DNA of 64,000 nucleotides from positions 1 to 64,000 of IMG/VR virus record IMGVR_UViG_3300009161_003648; one strand, 5' to 3'. This document shows positions 60,107 to 64,000 of the stretch, piece by piece (positions within the stretch are counted from its first letter, which is position 1; each line of letters begins with the position of its first letter). The notes below the pieces were generated by a model. The model searched no databases. It had not been told where the DNA came from and saw only the letters and a program-made list of their open reading frames with translations. The stretch is from a virus. Taxonomy: Duplodnaviria; Caudoviricetes. Both the position numbers and the translations under genes were made by a program.

Positions 60107-60706
60107 ATGGAACATTGGTTAATTGATGAAGCAAATTATTTTAATACAATTAAAGACAATTGTAATATTATTTTTGACATTGGTGCGTCTTATTCACCAT
60201 ATGTTGAATACCCACAAGAAGTACACTATTTTGACCCACAACCATCAGTTATTGAAAACCTAAAACAATTACCGAATAATAATATTAAAAGTTTTTTTAA
60301 TGAGTTTGGTTTGAGCGATGAAGAAGCTATATTGCCATTTTATAGATACGGTGATTTTGTAACCGTTACGGAATATAAAATGGGTGATTTTAAATTAAAA
60401 GTTGGTAAAGACTATATGGTAGAAAATAATTTAACAAAAATTGATTTTTTAAAAATTGATGTTGAAGGTTTTGAATTAAAGGTTTTAAAAGGTTTTGGTG
60501 AATATCTTAATAATGTTAAATATATTCAATTTGAATACGGTACTGGCTTAAGAGATGCTGGTTCAAATTTATCAGAAGTTGTAACATATTTAAAATCTTT
60601 TGGTTTTGATAATTTTAGTATAATAAATTCAGGTGTTATTCTTACTGATTATACTGATAATTGGCAATTATGTAATATTGCGTGTATTAATAAAAAATTG
60701 GTTTAA
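60107..60706 (+). CDS. FkbM-family methyltransferase
   Basis: IFDIGA, IDFLKIDVEGFEL.VL.G and IQFEY. Confidence 0.85.
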   Translation: MEHWLIDEANYFNTIKDNCNIIFDIGASYSPYVEYPQEVHYFDPQPSVIENLKQLPNNNIKSFFNEFGLSDEEAILPFYRYGDFVTVTEYKMGDFKLKVGKDYMVENNLTKIDFLKIDVEGFELKVLKGFGEYLNNVKYIQFEYGTGLRDAGSNLSEVVTYLKSFGFDNFSIINSGVILTDYTDNWQLCNIACINKKLV

Positions 60707-60715
60707 AAATATATT

Positions 60716-61618
60716 ATGAATAAATTATTAGTAACAGGGGCAAATGGATTAGTCGGCTCTGCAATTAATGCCGATGTAAAGATTGGTAAAGAATACGATT
60801 TACGAGACGCTAATGCGACAAATAAATTGTTTTTAGAACATAAACCAACACATGTAATTCATTGTGCTGGTAAAGTTGGCGGTCTTGGCGGTAACATGAA
60901 TTTCAAGGGTGAATATTTCTATGACAATATTATGATTAATACAAATGTTATAGAGTCGGCAAGAAAAAACGGTGTTGAAAAATTAGTATCGTTTTTGTCG
61001 ACTTGTATTTTCCCAAATAATATTGAATACCCATTGACAGAATCGAAAATACATTTAGGTGAACCTAATTATACAAACTACCCATATGCTTATGCAAAAA
61101 GAATGGCCGACATTCAAATAAGAGCGTATCGTGAACAATACGGTATTAAATATACGTCTGTTATTCCAACCAATATTTATGGGCCAAATGATAAATTTTC
61201 ATTAGAGCAAGGTCACGTTGTTCCGATGTTAATACATAAACTTTATTTATCATTAATGAACAATACTGATTTTATTGTTTGGGGGTCTGGAAAACCATTA
61301 AGAGAATTTATTTATTCAAAAGATGTCGCTAAATTAGCTGAATGGGCAATTTATAATTATGATGAATCAGAACCAATAATTTTTAGTACATCAGAAGAAA
61401 TTAGTATTGTTGATTTGGTTGATTTATTAGTTAAAGAATTTAACTACAAGGGTAGGGTGATATTCGATTCAACCAAACCAGATGGACAATTAAGAAAACC
61501 ATCTGATAATAGCAAATTAAAAAAATATTTACCTAACTTTGAGTTCACGCCTATAGAAATTGGGATTAAAGAAACCGTTAACTGGTTTTTAGAAAATTAT
61601 GAAACAATAAGAAAATAA
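60716..61618 (+). CDS. fcl: GDP-L-fucose synthase / ColC-like epimerase-reductase
   Basis: VTGANGLVG, VIHCAGKVGG, FLSTCIFP, YAYAKR, PTNIYGP.D.F, WGSGKPLREF and KPDG..RK. Confidence 0.9.
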   Translation: MNKLLVTGANGLVGSAINADVKIGKEYDLRDANATNKLFLEHKPTHVIHCAGKVGGLGGNMNFKGEYFYDNIMINTNVIESARKNGVEKLVSFLSTCIFPNNIEYPLTESKIHLGEPNYTNYPYAYAKRMADIQIRAYREQYGIKYTSVIPTNIYGPNDKFSLEQGHVVPMLIHKLYLSLMNNTDFIVWGSGKPLREFIYSKDVAKLAEWAIYNYDESEPIIFSTSEEISIVDLVDLLVKEFNYKGRVIFDSTKPDGQLRKPSDNSKLKKYLPNFEFTPIEIGIKETVNWFLENYETIRK

Positions 61619-61670
61619 AATTAAATAATAAAAAAAATTTTATTAATTATAACAGGCAAAATTTTTAGAA

Positions 61671-63248
61671 ATGTACGATAATATACAATTAATAATACCA
61701 ATGTCTGGGGTTGGAAAAAGATTTATTGAATCTGGATATACAACACCAAAACCATTAATTGAAGTTGATAAAAAACCAATAATAGAACATGTTGTAAATT
61801 TGTTCCCAAATGTAAAAGATATTACATTTATATGTAATAAAAAACATTTAAATGAAACAAACATGCGTGAAATATTATTATCTATTGCACCGTCTTGTAA
61901 AATTATTGAAGTTCCAAATGAAAATAGACGCGGACCCGTAGATGCTGTTTGTCAAATAATCGATAATATTGACGAAAATAAAGAAACAATTATTAGTTAT
62001 TGTGATTATGGTACATATTGGAATTTTGATAAGTTTATTGAAACCGCTAGAAAAGGCGATTATCAAGGTTCAATATCTTGCTATAGGGGTTTTCATCCAC
62101 ATATGTTAGGTTCTGATAATTATGCTTTTTGTAAAGAAGAAAATAAAGAACTTATACAGATAAAAGAAAAAGAAGCATTTACCGATAACAAAATGAATGA
62201 ATTTGCTTCAAACGGTACGTATTATTTTAAAAGTGGTTCAATCGTAAAAAAATACTTTAAAGAATTAATTGATTTAGACATTAATTTAAACGGTGAATAT
62301 TATGTTAGTTTAGTTTATAATTTATTGGTAAAAGATAACTTAAAAGTTAATATTTTTGAAATTGAAAATATGTTACAATGGGGTACACCGTATGATTTAG
62401 AAGTTTATAAAGGTTGGTCAAATTATTTTAATAAGGTAAATAATAAAAATACAACTAAACATTCTTATGAATATGATGTAACAATGATTTTACCAATGGC
62501 TGGTAGAGGTAGTAGATTTACAACTGACGGATACGAATTACCAAAACCATTAATTAATATTGATGGAAAACCAATGGTGGTACAAGCAATCAATAATTTA
62601 CCTAAAACAAAAGACCATATTTTTATTTGTTTAGACGAACACATTAACGAACACGCAATAGATGAAATTTTAAAAAACGAATACCCAAAATCAAAAATTG
62701 TTTCTTTAGATAAAACAACTGAAGGACAAGCATGTACATGTGAAATTGGTATGTTAGAAACAAATATTGATTTAGAAAAACCAATTTTAATTTCAGCATG
62801 CGATAACGGTGTTTTATATAATGAAGATAAATTTAATGAACTATATTTAGACGAATCTATCGATGTTATTGTTTGGTCTTTTAGAAACAATCAGACTAGC
62901 AAAGTAAACCCAAATATGTACGCTTGGTTAGACGTTGATAAAAATGACTTTATTAAATATGTTTCATGTAAAAATTTTATATATGATGACCCATTAAAAA
63001 CACACGCAATTATTGGTACAATGTTTTTTAGAAAAGGTAAATATTTTATAGATAATTTAAAATTAAATTACGAAAAAAATATAAGGGTTAATAATGAATT
63101 TTATGTTGATGACGTATTAAATCGTTGTATTGAAAACAATTTAAAAGTTAAGGTTTTTGAGGTTGAAAACTATATTTGTTGGGGCACACCAGACGATTAT
63201 AAAACATACAATTATTGGAAAGATTATTTTAACAAAATTAAAAAATAA
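61671..63248 (+). CDS. Tandem-duplicated nucleotidyltransferase (two NTP_transferase domains)
   Basis: IIPMSGVGKRF..GY..PKPLI (domain 1) and ILPMAGRGSRF..GY..PKPLI (domain 2); each half ends near WGTP.DL/DY. Confidence 0.85.
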   Translation: MYDNIQLIIPMSGVGKRFIESGYTTPKPLIEVDKKPIIEHVVNLFPNVKDITFICNKKHLNETNMREILLSIAPSCKIIEVPNENRRGPVDAVCQIIDNIDENKETIISYCDYGTYWNFDKFIETARKGDYQGSISCYRGFHPHMLGSDNYAFCKEENKELIQIKEKEAFTDNKMNEFASNGTYYFKSGSIVKKYFKELIDLDINLNGEYYVSLVYNLLVKDNLKVNIFEIENMLQWGTPYDLEVYKGWSNYFNKVNNKNTTKHSYEYDVTMILPMAGRGSRFTTDGYELPKPLINIDGKPMVVQAINNLPKTKDHIFICLDEHINEHAIDEILKNEYPKSKIVSLDKTTEGQACTCEIGMLETNIDLEKPILISACDNGVLYNEDKFNELYLDESIDVIVWSFRNNQTSKVNPNMYAWLDVDKNDFIKYVSCKNFIYDDPLKTHAIIGTMFFRKGKYFIDNLKLNYEKNIRVNNEFYVDDVLNRCIENNLKVKVFEVENYICWGTPDDYKTYNYWKDYFNKIKK

Positions 63249-63254
63249 AAAAAA

Positions 63255-64000
63255 ATGGATAAAAAAATTGGATTAATTATTGGTGCCAACGGGCAAGATG
63301 CATCATACTTAGCTGAATTTTTGATTGAAAAAGATTATATTGTTCATGGAACAATAAGAAGAAATTCAGTACCTGAATCACAAACAACAAGAATTCAACA
63401 TTTACACAATACACAAGCTATATCATTACACTATATGGATTTAACAGACCCACTTAGTGTTGAGAAAATTATAAGTGATATTAAACCAGATGAAATATAT
63501 CATCTTGCGGCGCAAAGTCATGTACAAATAAGTTTTGAGTTACCAAAATACACTTTAGATGTTAATGCTGGTGGTACATTAGCAATACTTGAGGCTGTTA
63601 GAAAGTTTTCACCTAATTCAAAAGTTTATCACGCGGCAACCTCAGAAATGTTTGGTAATGCATGTGATACGGATGGGTATCAAAGAGAAACAACACCTAT
63701 GATGCCTGTATCACCATATGGTTGTAGTAAACTATATGCACATACTCTTTGTCATAATTATAGAAATGCTTACGATTTATTTATCTGTTCTGGAATTTTG
63801 TTCAATCACGAAAGCCCAAGAAGAGGTATTAATTTTGTCACAAATAAAGTAGTTTTAGAAGCGGTAAAAATAAAATTAGGGTTATCAAATGAATTAGTTT
63901 TAGGTAATTTAAGCTCAATGAGAGATTGGGGTCATGCTAAGGATTATATCAAAGGAATGTGGTTAATGTTACAACAAGAGACACCAGATGACTACGTATT
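63255..64000 (+). CDS. gmd: GDP-mannose 4,6-dehydratase, 3'-partial (missing from the ORF track)
   Basis: Manual translation MDKKIGLIIGANGQDASYLAEFL...HGTIRR, YHLAAQSHV..SF, TSEMFG, SPYGCSK and GILFNHESPRRG. Confidence 0.95.
   Translation, partial: MDKKIGLIIGANGQDASYLAEFLIEKDYIVHGTIRRNSVPESQTTRIQHLHNTQAISLHYMDLTDPLSVEKIISDIKPDEIYHLAAQSHVQISFELPKYTLDVNAGGTLAILEAVRKFSPNSKVYHAATSEMFGNACDTDGYQRETTPMMPVSPYGCSKLYAHTLCHNYRNAYDLFICSGILFNHESPRRGINFVTNKVVLEAVKIKLGLSNELVLGNLSSMRDWGHAKDYIKGMWLMLQQETPDDYV

Noticed and set aside
7316-62890. Numerous short (60-150 aa) ORFs antisense or out of frame to long genes
   Set aside because: They overlap well-supported CDSs almost entirely and lack recognisable motifs; treated as shadows.
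1-64000. Stop-codon reassignment, as in some large phages
   Set aside because: Long genes are intact and tightly packed under the standard code, with no systematic fragmentation.
37734-64000. Host chromosomal capsule/O-antigen locus or giant-virus (NCLDV) origin
   Set aside because: The cluster is contiguous with T4-like neck genes, S74 fibres and phage PolB, shares their composition, has bacterial-type terminators and promoters, and shows no visible export genes. This is provisional because the cluster runs off the edge.
1-64000. tRNA, rRNA, integrase or transposase genes
   Set aside because: None recognised. Intergenic gaps are about 110 bp or less and are occupied by promoter or terminator motifs.

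Overview
This AT-rich, gene-dense window looks like part of a large tailed (myovirus-like) phage genome, probably infecting Bacteroidota. The host call rests on TAnnTTTG promoters, no obvious Shine-Dalgarno sites and a T9SS-type C-terminal domain. Four blocks are visible. (1) 1-11347: a giant minus-strand ORF missing from the ORF track (starts at 6365, runs off the left edge, >2,100 codons) that is mostly a proline-free Gly-X-Ser collagen-like repeat. It is followed by T4 gp15/gp14/gp13-like neck and tail-completion genes, an SNF2 helicase and a glutaredoxin. (2) 11382-16802: family B DNA polymerase, an ArdC-like/zincin protein and a BppU-like protein. (3) 16828-35218: a minus-strand block of large Ser/Thr/Gly-rich fibre/adhesin genes that includes a signal-peptide + beta-helix + T9SS-CTD protein. 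(4) 35281-64000: small hypothetical genes and a WYL-like protein, a nucleotide module (HD-like, dUTPase, GMPR/IMPDH), and a ~26 kb glycan cluster running off the right edge. That cluster has at least 10 glycosyltransferase-like genes, 3 methyltransferases, Gmd/ColD-like/Fcl-like enzymes, a TPP-enzyme pair, a PRK-like fusion, an aldolase, a HAD phosphatase and a tandem nucleotidyltransferase, but no visible export machinery. The leading hypothesis is a phage-encoded system that glycosylates its own Ser-rich collagen and fibres with rare sugars. A second candidate is a phage cargo for the host type IX secretion system. All family calls come from motif recognition by eye; no database searches were run.
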